A stretch of DNA of 32,000 nucleotides, from the NCBI GenBank assembly GCA_016933055.1, contig JAFGBS010000031.1, positions 82,465 through 114,464 of the forward strand, in the 5' to 3' direction. The DNA comes from Promethearchaeota archaeon (GTDB lineage Archaea > Asgardarchaeota > Lokiarchaeia > Sigyniarchaeales > Promethearchaeaceae). Made by a program: the position numbers and the translations under genes. The notes under the pieces are model-generated. The model made no database searches. It saw nothing but the letters and a program-made list of their open reading frames with translations, and had not been told where the DNA came from. Shown in pieces: positions 1-8,969 of the stretch (position 1 is the first letter of the stretch; each line of letters starts with the position of its first letter).

Positions 1-1
1 T

Positions 2-529
2 AAAAAGCGTTTCACCGTGTTCACTTTTATGTATACGGCTATCATCATTTGGATGTCATTTTCGTTGCAAATGCTGTTTTCCACGGTGGGAACAGATCCC
101 AAACCTTGGATTATCGAAGTCAATCGCAATGTTGCAATTATCTCATTGGTATTATCTGCAGTGATTAGTATTTCTTTGTCAGTTTTTTATGCATGGATCA
201 TTACAAACTATCGAAGAACCGAAATTGCCACATTGAAGTGTATTGGGTACACCAATAATAATGTACGGGTCATTATAGTAGGAGAACTCATATGGGTAAC
301 TATGTTTTCCTTTCTTATCGTATTTGAACTACTAATTCATGTCGTTGCTTTCAGTGCCTACTTTTATTATACAGCGGATCGTTTGTCAGATTTTTCACCC
401 TTTATCCGATTCGGACCTCTATTAATTACTATCGCATTGTTCTTAGTTGCTCAAATAGGCGGAATATTAATCGCATATCGTCGTGTACTACGGCTGAGAC
501 CAATAATTGCATTAAGGATTCAAAAATAG
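2..529 (+). CDS. FtsX/MacB/LolE-family (type VII) ABC transporter permease, 5' end probably just outside the window
   Basis: Frame is open from position 2 (KKRFTVF...). Four hydrophobic segments, the family motif YRRTEIATLKCIGYT (R..EI..L..IG) and a C-terminal RLRPIIALR motif. Directly upstream of an ABC ATPase. Confidence 0.85.
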   Translation, partial: KKRFTVFTFMYTAIIIWMSFSLQMLFSTVGTDPKPWIIEVNRNVAIISLVLSAVISISLSVFYAWIITNYRRTEIATLKCIGYTNNNVRVIIVGELIWVTMFSFLIVFELLIHVVAFSAYFYYTADRLSDFSPFIRFGPLLITIALFLVAQIGGILIAYRRVLRLRPIIALRIQK

Positions 530-533
530 GAGG
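528..533 (+). promoter_or_regulatory. Shine-Dalgarno site AGGAGG for the ABC ATPase
   Basis: AGGAGG ends 7 nt before the ATG at 541 and overlaps the permease stop codon. Confidence 0.75.
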
Positions 534-540
534 AATAAAA

Positions 541-1218
541 ATGAAAGAAATCATGATAAAATGTGAGGGTGTACATAAAGAATTCCGTCTTCGAGGAAAT
601 ATTATCCGAGCCTTGATTAATGTCAACGTTGAAATAGAAGCCGGAGAGTTTATAATGATTCAAGGTCCAACCGGATGCGGAAAAACTACCCTTCTAAATG
701 TAATGAGTGGATTGGATCTCCCAGATGAGGGATCAGTCATTTTAGATGGAGAGGATATTGCCCGAGCGAATGAAGATCGTCTAAGTAACATACGAAGACA
801 AAAAATTGGTTTTGTATTCCAAGACTTTAACTTAGTTGAACACTTAACTGCGATCGAAAATGTGGAAGCCTTGTTATGGCCTACTGTATTGCGAACAAAA
901 GAAATTGAAGATCGTGCTATTGCTGCACTACGCGCCGTTGATGTATTGGAACGGAAGGATCACTACCCCTCAGATCTTTCTGGGGGTGAAAGACAAAGAG
1001 TAGGGATGGCAAGAGCTATAATTCACCAACCTCGAGTACTTTTTGCCGATGAGCCTACTGGAAATCTAGATCCTACTTCAGGAAAGAATGTTCTGGAACT
1101 TTTGAAAAAATTAAATAAAGATCTCGGCACTACTATGGTTGTGGTAACCCATGACTCTAGTCTAGTTCAATACGGAGATCGAGTTATCAAAATGGATAGG
1201 GGTCGAATAGTTCGATAA
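541..1218 (+). CDS. ABC transporter ATP-binding protein, LolD/MacB/FtsE-like
   Basis: Walker A GPTGCGKTT, Q-loop FVFQDFNL, signature LSGGE, Walker B LFADE, D-loop PTGNLD, H-loop VVVTHD. Confidence 0.95.
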   Translation: MKEIMIKCEGVHKEFRLRGNIIRALINVNVEIEAGEFIMIQGPTGCGKTTLLNVMSGLDLPDEGSVILDGEDIARANEDRLSNIRRQKIGFVFQDFNLVEHLTAIENVEALLWPTVLRTKEIEDRAIAALRAVDVLERKDHYPSDLSGGERQRVGMARAIIHQPRVLFADEPTGNLDPTSGKNVLELLKKLNKDLGTTMVVVTHDSSLVQYGDRVIKMDRGRIVR

Positions 1219-1228
1219 TCCCTCTTTT

Positions 1229-1855
1229 TTATTTTTTTAATTTTAAGATATTGATGCCAAATTTCTTTAGTTGTTGATATACAAAACTCATTGGAAGACC
1301 GATCACATTAGAAGGGGACCCTGAAATGGATTCGATAAATACACTTGCTCTGTCAAACATCGAATAACTACCGGCCCTCCATTTGTATTCATCACTGTAA
1401 GTCACATAATTTTCGATTTCTTCATCCGATAATTCAGCAAATTTTACATCTGTTTTGTCTATATACTCAACGGTGGTATCGGATTCGCTATCATAGATCA
1501 CCACACCGGTCATAAGAACATGTGTATTTCCCATGAGTTTTTGCAGTATTTCTTTCGCACACGAAATATTTTCTGCTTTACCTATCAATTCTCCACGGAA
1601 ATCTACGATAGTATCTGCTGCAATTATCACATACTGAGGTGTTTGAATCAATATCGGATTTTTTTCCAACATCAATCGCACTGAATATGCTTTTCCCTTT
1701 GCATGGAGTATGCATAATTGTGTGGAAGATAAATCCATAGTATTCCTTTCTTTGTAATCACTTACTATCACGATATGAGGAATATTTGCATTCGAAAGAA
1801 GTCGTTTTCTGTCTCGTGATTGACTGGCAAGAATAATGGTTTTCTTAGGTTCCAT
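1229..1855 (-). CDS. maf: Maf-family nucleoside triphosphate pyrophosphatase
   Basis: IILASQSRDRKRLL N-terminus, AKGKA, IAADTIV (catalytic Asp), GKA, H.LMTGV, AGSY and NVIGLP motifs. Confidence 0.9.
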   Translation of the reverse strand: MEPKKTIILASQSRDRKRLLSNANIPHIVIVSDYKERNTMDLSSTQLCILHAKGKAYSVRLMLEKNPILIQTPQYVIIAADTIVDFRGELIGKAENISCAKEILQKLMGNTHVLMTGVVIYDSESDTTVEYIDKTDVKFAELSDEEIENYVTYSDEYKWRAGSYSMFDRASVFIESISGSPSNVIGLPMSFVYQQLKKFGINILKLKK

Positions 1856-1867
1856 TCTAAACTATAA

Positions 1868-2575
1868 CTAATCCAATTGTTTCTTAAACAATACTAATCC
1901 CATTTTTATAAAAGACTTGCATAGGCTGTAGACTCGGGTGAGGGGTACGTCAGTTTCATCTGCGATAGTTCCCAAATCTTTCACTCCATCAATTGCTTGG
2001 AACACTAATTTGGAATCATTACTGGAAAACAAGTCGTATATACCTCGTTCATATATCTTCTTAATTCTTTTATAGGGAACTAAACTCGCATCGAACTTGG
2101 AAATATTACCTCCGCTAAATTCTTGAGGATTTTCTAGACTATCTTTATGATGGATTATATTTTCTAAAATTGTTTCAAAATCCTTGAATATCTCGGTTTC
2201 TCCATCCCATTTGTTTTCCGTAATGAATGGAAATCGGCGGATAAACGCGGAACTAATTTTTTTTAACATAGCTTCAACCATAGTCCCTTCGATATCCTTT
2301 CCCTTGGATGCTCCTACAAATAACAGATTATGATCATTTGGCGGTTTAAAAAACAAGAAACTTACATCTTCCATCTTCATTTCCTTCATATTTCCAAGGG
2401 CATCAACATTTTTTGCGAACGAGTTGATAGCTGATAAAAATCCTGATATCATCGTAATCTGGTCTTCATTTGGACGGCTATTGTCATATAAACATTCATT
2501 TCTAGTAAATATGGGAAGCCCGTTTTTTAAAATGAACAAATCGTTTAACATCGGAGACACATTAGCTTTAGCCAT
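1868..2575 (-). CDS. Soluble longin-like domain + C-terminal winged-helix protein (Asgard-type; NPRL2-like architecture)
   Basis: Longin-like pattern LFILKNGLPIF...MISGFLSAINSFAK...MKEMKMEDVSFLF...AFIRRF...WDGETEIFKDFETIL. C-terminal IDGVKDLGTIADETDVPLTRVYSLCKSFIKMGLV is wHTH-like. Start reassigned from TTG 2644 to ATG 2575 (ATG 2551 is also possible). Confidence 0.65.
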   Translation of the reverse strand: MAKANVSPMLNDLFILKNGLPIFTRNECLYDNSRPNEDQITMISGFLSAINSFAKNVDALGNMKEMKMEDVSFLFFKPPNDHNLLFVGASKGKDIEGTMVEAMLKKISSAFIRRFPFITENKWDGETEIFKDFETILENIIHHKDSLENPQEFSGGNISKFDASLVPYKRIKKIYERGIYDLFSSNDSKLVFQAIDGVKDLGTIADETDVPLTRVYSLCKSFIKMGLVLFKKQLD

Positions 2576-2644
2576 CTCTTGTCGAATAATGAACACCTTA
2601 GAATCTAAATAAGTGAGTGTACTATCTTCATAACACAGCTTCAA

Positions 2645-2670
2645 GAAAAAAAAGGTTAAGAAAAAGAAAA
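2645..2670 (-). terminator. Oligo-T archaeal-type terminator after the zinc-ribbon membrane protein gene
   Basis: Minus strand reads TTTTCTTTTTCTTAACCTTTTTTTTC about 20-45 nt after the stop at 2693. Confidence 0.45.
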
Positions 2671-2692
2671 TTAGAATTTCACAATTTGAGAA

Positions 2693-3490
2693 TTACAATT
2701 TTGTTCCACAATTCGGACAGAAGGGGTCTCCCAGAACCACTTTGGAATGGCAATTTGGGCATAATAGACCCTTTGTGCTAGTAGAAACTGAGGAATCAGT
2801 GACTGTAGCTATTTTTGGCTCAGCTTTTTTCTTTTTTGCCTTTTTGACTTTAGTGGTCTCTAAATCTCCTCCTGGTTTGTACTTAAGACTGCCAATTAGA
2901 GCACCAAATACACCTGCAATCAACCCACCTTCAACACAAGCGGTTAATACTGCTGCAATATATGGCAAATCGGTCATCCCAGAAAATAAACCATTCAATA
3001 CCGCCATGAGATCAAAAATACCTGGTAAACCAGCACCACCTAATGCGGCATTCACAATCGCCTGAATTGCAATCGGAAACACTCCGATTGCTAGTGCATA
3101 TCCTAAGCCAATAGCTAAACCCGTATCAAATCCTTGTCGCGCTTTCTTGCAAAATAATGCAGCTGTTATCGTTCCCACTAATAACCATGGTAACACAATT
3201 GCTAATGCCATACCTATATCGTCTGGTCTGTAATATAATGCCCAATGAAGCGGGAAGAACCAGAGCATCATAATTCCCAAAATACCTTGAATTATAAACG
3301 GAATAAAACCAGCAAGAAATCCTGGTAGGGGAACTAAACTAAATGCAGTATCTATTGCATCTCCGATTCCAATAAATAGACTTCCGGTGATTGCAGCACC
3401 CAAATCTAATACATTAAAGGAAAACCATGCCAGAGGTATCAAGCACAACATCCCAAGGCAACCTGTCCAAATTACACGCCATAATCCCAT
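2693..3490 (-). CDS. Multi-pass membrane protein with Lys-rich linker and C-terminal zinc ribbon
   Basis: About 5-6 Gly-rich hydrophobic segments, linker KVKKAKKKKAEPK, and a C-terminal CPNC-x10-CPNC zinc-ribbon motif. Confidence 0.75.
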   Translation of the reverse strand: MGLWRVIWTGCLGMLCLIPLAWFSFNVLDLGAAITGSLFIGIGDAIDTAFSLVPLPGFLAGFIPFIIQGILGIMMLWFFPLHWALYYRPDDIGMALAIVLPWLLVGTITAALFCKKARQGFDTGLAIGLGYALAIGVFPIAIQAIVNAALGGAGLPGIFDLMAVLNGLFSGMTDLPYIAAVLTACVEGGLIAGVFGALIGSLKYKPGGDLETTKVKKAKKKKAEPKIATVTDSSVSTSTKGLLCPNCHSKVVLGDPFCPNCGTKL

Positions 3491-3702
3491 TTTTTAATCA
3501 TTTCCTTTGTTTTCGTTGTTTCTTTGTAGGTTTCTTATAGATCAAGAAAATTTGTAAACATAAATGCTTGGGTCTTATAACAAAAATCCTCACCTTTATA
3601 TCTTATTCGATTTGAATTTTGATGCGCTTTCGAATGCAAGTTTTGATTTGACGATTCTTCTAGTACTATTACAATCAAGTAACAAAAAGAAAAAATAGGA
3701 AA

Positions 3703-4671
3703 TTATAAAATTAGAGATTGATGGAAATTTTTTTGAAATCTTTGGTGAATATCTGTAATTGTGAATTGTTGGGATTGAGGTCCAAGAGACTCTACCACAA
3801 AGGAACCTACAACACTCCCTAATTTACATGCATTTTCAAATAGAAGTCCACCGGCTAACCCAAATAATAAACCCGCTCGAAATCCATCCCCTGCACCGGT
3901 AGGATCCATTATTTTTTCAGGACGGCAACTTGGAATTTGGTAAATGTTCCCTTGATAATGGCATTCCGAACCCTTCGCTCCTTGAGTGATAATCAAGTTT
4001 GAATTTAAAGAGAGCAACTCTTTCAAGGTGTAATTCATTATCTTGAGTATCATATTAATTTCATATTCATTTCCTATTAGTAAATACGATTTTGGGATGA
4101 GATCAAGTAAGGATTCTCTAGAAAATTCTGGAGTAACTTGCCCTGGGTCGAAAATATATGGAATTTTCATGTCAACTAATTCATGGGCCCATTTTATCAT
4201 CGCTGGTGAATAATCTGGACTTAATGAAGCTATTTTAAAGGTGTTCGGTTCCGGATATTTCTCTTTTAAATTGATTGATGTTCCTCTGTTCATTGCCCCC
4301 CTGTGAAAAATGATTAACTGATTTTTTGCATAGTCATTAACAATGTAACATGTCGCAGAATAGGAATCTGGGTGAATTTCTCCCTCGAAATTGACATTTG
4401 GAAAGTATTCTATTCGGTCCTTATATCCCAAATCAATAAAATCTTTACCTACGGAGGTTACCAATGCTGCATGGGCTCCCAATAAAGATAGGTTATAGCC
4501 AATATTTCCGGCGGTACCTCCAAATAATTTTTCTTTAGTTTCCGGCATCACAGCAAGATTGAATAGGTGATTTATGGGATCCATGGAAATGGTTTGGTTC
4601 ATATCCCCACTAAAACTCATAATAAAATCATACGCTATGGAACCCAGAACGAGTATCTTACGGTTATCCAT
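3703..4671 (-). CDS. PfkB/ribokinase-family kinase, probably a nucleoside kinase
   Basis: ILVLGSIAYD, PfkB signature 1 GGTAGNIGYNLSLLG, DPGQ, NEYE, TQGAKGS, signature 2 DPTGAGDGFRAG. ATG at 4671 preferred over TTG 4695. Confidence 0.9.
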   Translation of the reverse strand: MDNRKILVLGSIAYDFIMSFSGDMNQTISMDPINHLFNLAVMPETKEKLFGGTAGNIGYNLSLLGAHAALVTSVGKDFIDLGYKDRIEYFPNVNFEGEIHPDSYSATCYIVNDYAKNQLIIFHRGAMNRGTSINLKEKYPEPNTFKIASLSPDYSPAMIKWAHELVDMKIPYIFDPGQVTPEFSRESLLDLIPKSYLLIGNEYEINMILKIMNYTLKELLSLNSNLIITQGAKGSECHYQGNIYQIPSCRPEKIMDPTGAGDGFRAGLLFGLAGGLLFENACKLGSVVGSFVVESLGPQSQQFTITDIHQRFQKNFHQSLIL

Positions 4672-4764
4672 GCAAAAACCAACATTGCATCTCAATTAAA
4701 ATTATAGATTGATTACAACTAACTTTTTGAAAATGGATTTTAAGGACGGATAATTTAGAGACTC

Positions 4765-5778
4765 ATGGGAACACCCAATCAGAATGAAGTTCGATTTGAT
4801 CCCATCCTTCGCGAATGGGTTATAGTTGCTCAAAATCGTACAGTTCGACCCGTTTTAGGTAAGACTTTTACGGATGAAAAACCATCTTATACATGTCCAT
4901 TTTGTCCCGATTCACCAGAAGGCGCAGGGGATTGGGTAGTTAAAGCTCTTCCTAATAGATTCCCGGCATTAAGTAACGAAATAGAAGGCAATTTTGCAGA
5001 CGAGACTCAATTATTCGATTTTTATCGCACTCGACCGGGAAAAGGTAATTGTGAAGTTCTCCTATATTCTCAAGATCATGAAAAAACACTTGCCGAATTG
5101 TCTATTTCGAATATAATTGCATTAATTGAACTTTGGAAAGAACGATTTCTATTCAATATGAATAATGAAGAGATGAGATATTCCTTTATATTTGAGAACC
5201 GAGGAGAAATAATTGGAGTTACTTTGCATCATCCTCATGGTCAAATGTATTCCTTTCCATTTATACCTCCTCGTATTGAGCGTGCCGTAAATTCTTCTCA
5301 AGAATTTTGGATGGAAAATGGAACATGTTTATTTTGTAAAGTCATTGAAACCGAAAAAAAAGACCAAAGTCGAATTATCGAAGAAAATGATGATTTCTTA
5401 GCTTTTATTCCATATTTTGCTAAATGGCCGTTCGAGATCCACATCTATCCAAAGAATCATTTTTCCTATATTTCACAAATCCCTCCAAATCAGTCGTATA
5501 ACTTTGCTACAATAATTAAGCACACAGTGCAGCGTTTAGATCAATTATATGGCTTTGTTATGCCCTATGTTTTTTCTCATCATAATGCTCCTTATAATTT
5601 CGGTCCTCTTCACGCCTATGATCATTTTCATTACCATATTGAAATATATCCCCCTTATCGTGCGAAAGACCGGATAAAATATATAGCAGGAGTGGAAATG
5701 GCAACACATACATTTATTAATCCTACAAATCCACAAGAAAATGCAAAAATGCTTCGGGATATCGAGTTGAACTTGTGA
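4765..5778 (+). CDS. galT: Galactose-1-phosphate uridylyltransferase (GalT family)
   Basis: RFDP...EWV...R..RP, CPFCP, NRFPAL, active-site FENRG...HHPHGQ, and C-terminal HIEIYPPYR...KYIAGVE. Confidence 0.88.
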   Translation: MGTPNQNEVRFDPILREWVIVAQNRTVRPVLGKTFTDEKPSYTCPFCPDSPEGAGDWVVKALPNRFPALSNEIEGNFADETQLFDFYRTRPGKGNCEVLLYSQDHEKTLAELSISNIIALIELWKERFLFNMNNEEMRYSFIFENRGEIIGVTLHHPHGQMYSFPFIPPRIERAVNSSQEFWMENGTCLFCKVIETEKKDQSRIIEENDDFLAFIPYFAKWPFEIHIYPKNHFSYISQIPPNQSYNFATIIKHTVQRLDQLYGFVMPYVFSHHNAPYNFGPLHAYDHFHYHIEIYPPYRAKDRIKYIAGVEMATHTFINPTNPQENAKMLRDIELNL

Positions 5779-5788
5779 AGGGATTGTT

Positions 5789-6334
5789 ATGGCTTCAAAA
5801 TCATTGATTGCGATTGTTGGTTTACCAGCTTCGGGTAAAACTAGTGCTATAGAAGGAATTAAAGACATTGGTACGATTGTTACGATGGGGGATATAATCC
5901 GAGAAGAAGCCTTACATCAAGGTTTAGAACCTACTTCAGAGAATATTGGGAAGTTAGCTAAATCTCTCCGTAATGATCATGGAGAAGACATCATTGCACA
6001 ACGATGTATTGATAAAATCCAAAACCTCACAGATAAAATCATTTTAATTGATGGAATTCGCTCCACAGCCGAAGTTGAACGGTTTCGGGAGAGATGGAAA
6101 TTATATGTGATTGCAATTACTACTCCTGAAGAAATTCGTTTCAATCGTATACTTAAAAGGGGACGATCCGATGATCCTACAAATATTGACCAAATTCTTG
6201 AACGGGATCGACGGGAACTGCAATTTGGATTAAGAGAAGTTATTGACAATGCGGAGTTTGTTATAATTAATAATCAAGATGTATCTAGTCTACAAAAAAA
6301 AATTAAAAAATTGGTGGAAGAACTTTTAGCATGA
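5789..6334 (+). CDS. P-loop nucleoside monophosphate kinase-like protein (archaeal UPF0200 / dephospho-CoA-kinase-like family)
   Basis: GLPASGKTS, MGDIIREE, IDGIRS..E, RGRSDD, RDRREL.FGL. ATGA overlap with a UPF0201-like gene, a conserved archaeal pair. Confidence 0.8.
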   Translation: MASKSLIAIVGLPASGKTSAIEGIKDIGTIVTMGDIIREEALHQGLEPTSENIGKLAKSLRNDHGEDIIAQRCIDKIQNLTDKIILIDGIRSTAEVERFRERWKLYVIAITTPEEIRFNRILKRGRSDDPTNIDQILERDRRELQFGLREVIDNAEFVIINNQDVSSLQKKIKKLVEELLA

Positions 6335-6771
6335 TAACCGTCGAAATTAAGGTGGAATTGAATCCAACTGAGGAAGTACATAAAATTTTAGAATTGATCA
6401 ATAATTTTACACAAATCAATGAAGAACAGATCACTATAGAGCAAATTTCTGAGGGATACTTCCTCTATAGTGCGAAAATAGAGGGGAGAAAAACCCTTGA
6501 CTCTATGTTTAACGGTCTACGTAGTCAAAGAACTGTCGAATCCGCACGAAAATATCTTATGGGAAAAAGAAAAGAACATAGTGTCTCATTCATGTTAAAT
6601 AAACAAGCTCTCCTTATGAACAAATATCATTTCTGTCATTCACCAGAGGAGAGTCCTATGGGACCCGTGTGGATAAAAATATCTTCTGATGACATAACAA
6701 GAGTTTTGAACTATTTAGTACCTCACACTATTAAAGGACAACCCCAAGAGGTGTCATATCTCCCTGACTAG
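6331..6771 (+). CDS. UPF0201-family putative RNA-binding protein
   Basis: V.LNPTE...KI, LRSQRT..SAR..L, F.LNKQA and SPMGP..I.I motifs. Follows the UPF0200-like kinase. Confidence 0.8.
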   Translation: MITVEIKVELNPTEEVHKILELINNFTQINEEQITIEQISEGYFLYSAKIEGRKTLDSMFNGLRSQRTVESARKYLMGKRKEHSVSFMLNKQALLMNKYHFCHSPEESPMGPVWIKISSDDITRVLNYLVPHTIKGQPQEVSYLPD

Positions 6772-6848
6772 TTTATCTAAACATACTCTAGTAATTTGTT
6801 GTTTTCATAAGCTTAATAGAATCTAAGACATATAGGTTCCATGAAACT

Positions 6849-7373
6849 ATGGAAAAAGATAATAATTTGTTCAAGGATAATCTTCACGCTGTCGGGAAAC
6901 TTAAATATGTACAAGATTTAAAGAGTTCAGATATTAATTGCATATTATGCGAAATTTTGGCAGATTCTGAGAAAGTCGAAGTCTTAAAAATATATCAAGA
7001 TGATACAATGGCAATCTCCCTTAACCTTTATCCTTTCAATCCCGGACATTTAATGATCTTTCCTGTTCGTCACATAGTGGATTTCCGAGAATTAACTGAG
7101 CCAGAGATAATACGTCTTTCATATTTGATCGCTAAATGTCAAGACATGCTAACCGAGATGTATAATCCCCTCGGGTATAATGTCGGTTTTAATCAAGGAA
7201 AGGCAGCAGGGGCTAGTATAGAGCATCTTCATCTACATATTGTACCCAGATTCAAGAGGGAGTTAGGTTATATTGATATTATTGGGAAGACGAGAGTCCT
7301 TGTAGAAGATGTGCATTCAGTCTATAAAAAAATGAAAACACTAACTCCAAAATATTTTGATAAAAACGAATAA
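6849..7373 (+). CDS. HIT-family nucleotide hydrolase/phosphorylase
   Basis: CILC, LNLYPFNPGHLMIFP.RH, GYNVGFNQG..AGASI, and histidine triad HLHLHIVPR. Confidence 0.9.
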   Translation: MEKDNNLFKDNLHAVGKLKYVQDLKSSDINCILCEILADSEKVEVLKIYQDDTMAISLNLYPFNPGHLMIFPVRHIVDFRELTEPEIIRLSYLIAKCQDMLTEMYNPLGYNVGFNQGKAAGASIEHLHLHIVPRFKRELGYIDIIGKTRVLVEDVHSVYKKMKTLTPKYFDKNE

Positions 7374-7378
7374 ATTCA

Positions 7379-8848
7379 TTATTTTTTACCAAGATCTCTT
7401 CGAAGAATCTTTATTCGCTTTTTATGTTCGGTTATTTCTTTTTGTAGCATGTCTAATTCTTTTTCATGACTTTCCTTCATCTCTTTCAGACGACGATTAA
7501 GTTTGCCTTCTATTTTTTCCTTATTTTCGATTTTCTGTTGCAAATCCTGTATCTGTTCCTCTAATGTTCCTTGTTCGTTCCGTAGGCTTTCTAATTCCAG
7601 ATTTTCTTTTATTGTTGAGCTACGCAATTGTTCCACTTGAGTTTCTAATCGGGATATGATCGCTGCATCACCTGTATTTTGCTCTTTTAATTTCTTGACT
7701 TGATCATATAATACTTGTTTTTGGCGTTCTTGTTCAACCACTCGTTCGTTTAATGCGTTGATCTCTTGAGCTAGATTTTCAGCTTCTAAAGCATTATCCC
7801 GTTTCTGTTCCACCTGCTGGGTTAGTTCTGCGATTATTGTGGTATTCTCAAAAGTGGTCTTTTGTAAATCTTCAATTTGTTTTTCTAATTCAAAAATTAG
7901 TTTTTCTTTGGTGGTAATTACTTGATCTTTGTTCGCAAGAATTTTTTTCAATTCCTCATAATCCGATCGTTTTACAGTATCTGCTTCCATATACTGAATT
8001 TGTTCATTGTATCCACTAATTTCTTTCTGTAAATCCTTAATGATAGCGTCTTTGTTCGCTAATTGCTCCTTATAAGAGGTGATTACACTAGAATCCTCCG
8101 CTATTTGGAATTGGCTTTGAGAGAGTTTCTCATTTATGGCTTGATTTTCCTTTTCCAGTTCTATGATCGTGCTCTTGAGATTTACTAACTCGGTTTTATA
8201 TCCCTCGAGTTCATGAACTAAATCCTTAAATTTTGAAGAGATTTCTGTTGATTCCGTTTTATAATGTACCAATTCGGCTTGTTGTTGATTGTTTAACCTC
8301 TCCAAATCCTTAATTTTTGATAAATTAATCGTGTTTTGCTCTCGCAAGCGAGTATTTTCTCTTATGAACTCTTGCTTTTCAGCTGAAATTACTGCAATTT
8401 CATCATCGAATGATTGGTTTAATGCAGTTCTATTTAGTAATGCTTGATTTTGGGCATTGATTTGTTCAATTTGCAGTTCATAGGAACGTGCAAGTTCCTC
8501 TCTTTCTTTTATTGCATCTCCCAACTTAAACATGAATTCATCCTTTTCAGCTTTAATTGCATCCAATCGTTTCTGCAATTGTCCGAGTTTCACTGAATAC
8601 TGTTCTTGAATTTTCTCGGTATTCCTTTTTTGGTCATCCCCTTGTATAAGCGCATCCAATTCTTGATTCTTCTTCTGTAACTCAAGGATTTTCTTATTCA
8701 ATTTTTCAATTAACTGAGCTTGTTCCTGGGTTCGATCGACAGAATTTTCTGATTCTTTTTCTTCTACCCATCCTAGTCCGGATAGAGCTTCTTTTATTGC
8801 ATCATCTTCTTTGATGTCCTTTTCATTTTGATTATTCAAGATGCTCAC
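7379..8848 (-). CDS. Long coiled-coil protein of unknown function (489 aa, GTG start)
   Basis: Almost entirely E/K/Q/L/I/N heptad-type sequence. No Walker motifs, no TM segment. Short N-terminal motif DDAIKEALSGLGW. Confidence 0.7.
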   Translation of the reverse strand: MSILNNQNEKDIKEDDAIKEALSGLGWVEEKESENSVDRTQEQAQLIEKLNKKILELQKKNQELDALIQGDDQKRNTEKIQEQYSVKLGQLQKRLDAIKAEKDEFMFKLGDAIKEREELARSYELQIEQINAQNQALLNRTALNQSFDDEIAVISAEKQEFIRENTRLREQNTINLSKIKDLERLNNQQQAELVHYKTESTEISSKFKDLVHELEGYKTELVNLKSTIIELEKENQAINEKLSQSQFQIAEDSSVITSYKEQLANKDAIIKDLQKEISGYNEQIQYMEADTVKRSDYEELKKILANKDQVITTKEKLIFELEKQIEDLQKTTFENTTIIAELTQQVEQKRDNALEAENLAQEINALNERVVEQERQKQVLYDQVKKLKEQNTGDAAIISRLETQVEQLRSSTIKENLELESLRNEQGTLEEQIQDLQQKIENKEKIEGKLNRRLKEMKESHEKELDMLQKEITEHKKRIKILRRDLGKK

Positions 8849-8969
8849 GTAGTTGATCTATAATGACACATAAGGTATTGTAACTTTATCTTTTTTTTCC
8901 AATAGAATAGAAAAAATTCAACCTATTAATAATTCATTCAACATAGGAAATAAAGAAAAAAATGAGTAA

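Noticed and set aside
5789-6334. coaE dephospho-CoA kinase assignment
   Set aside because: Archaeal members of this family paired with UPF0201 are not established DPCKs, and archaea use a non-orthologous enzyme. Symbol withheld.
7379-8848. SMC/Rad50 chromosome-segregation protein
   Set aside because: No Walker A/B, signature motif, hinge or zinc hook.
8890-8962. Hairpin-like matches (TTTTTTC...GAAAAAA, CCTAT...ATAGG) between the coiled-coil and DRTGG genes
   Set aside because: Short A/T-rich arms expected by chance. Better explained as oligo-T terminator sequence.
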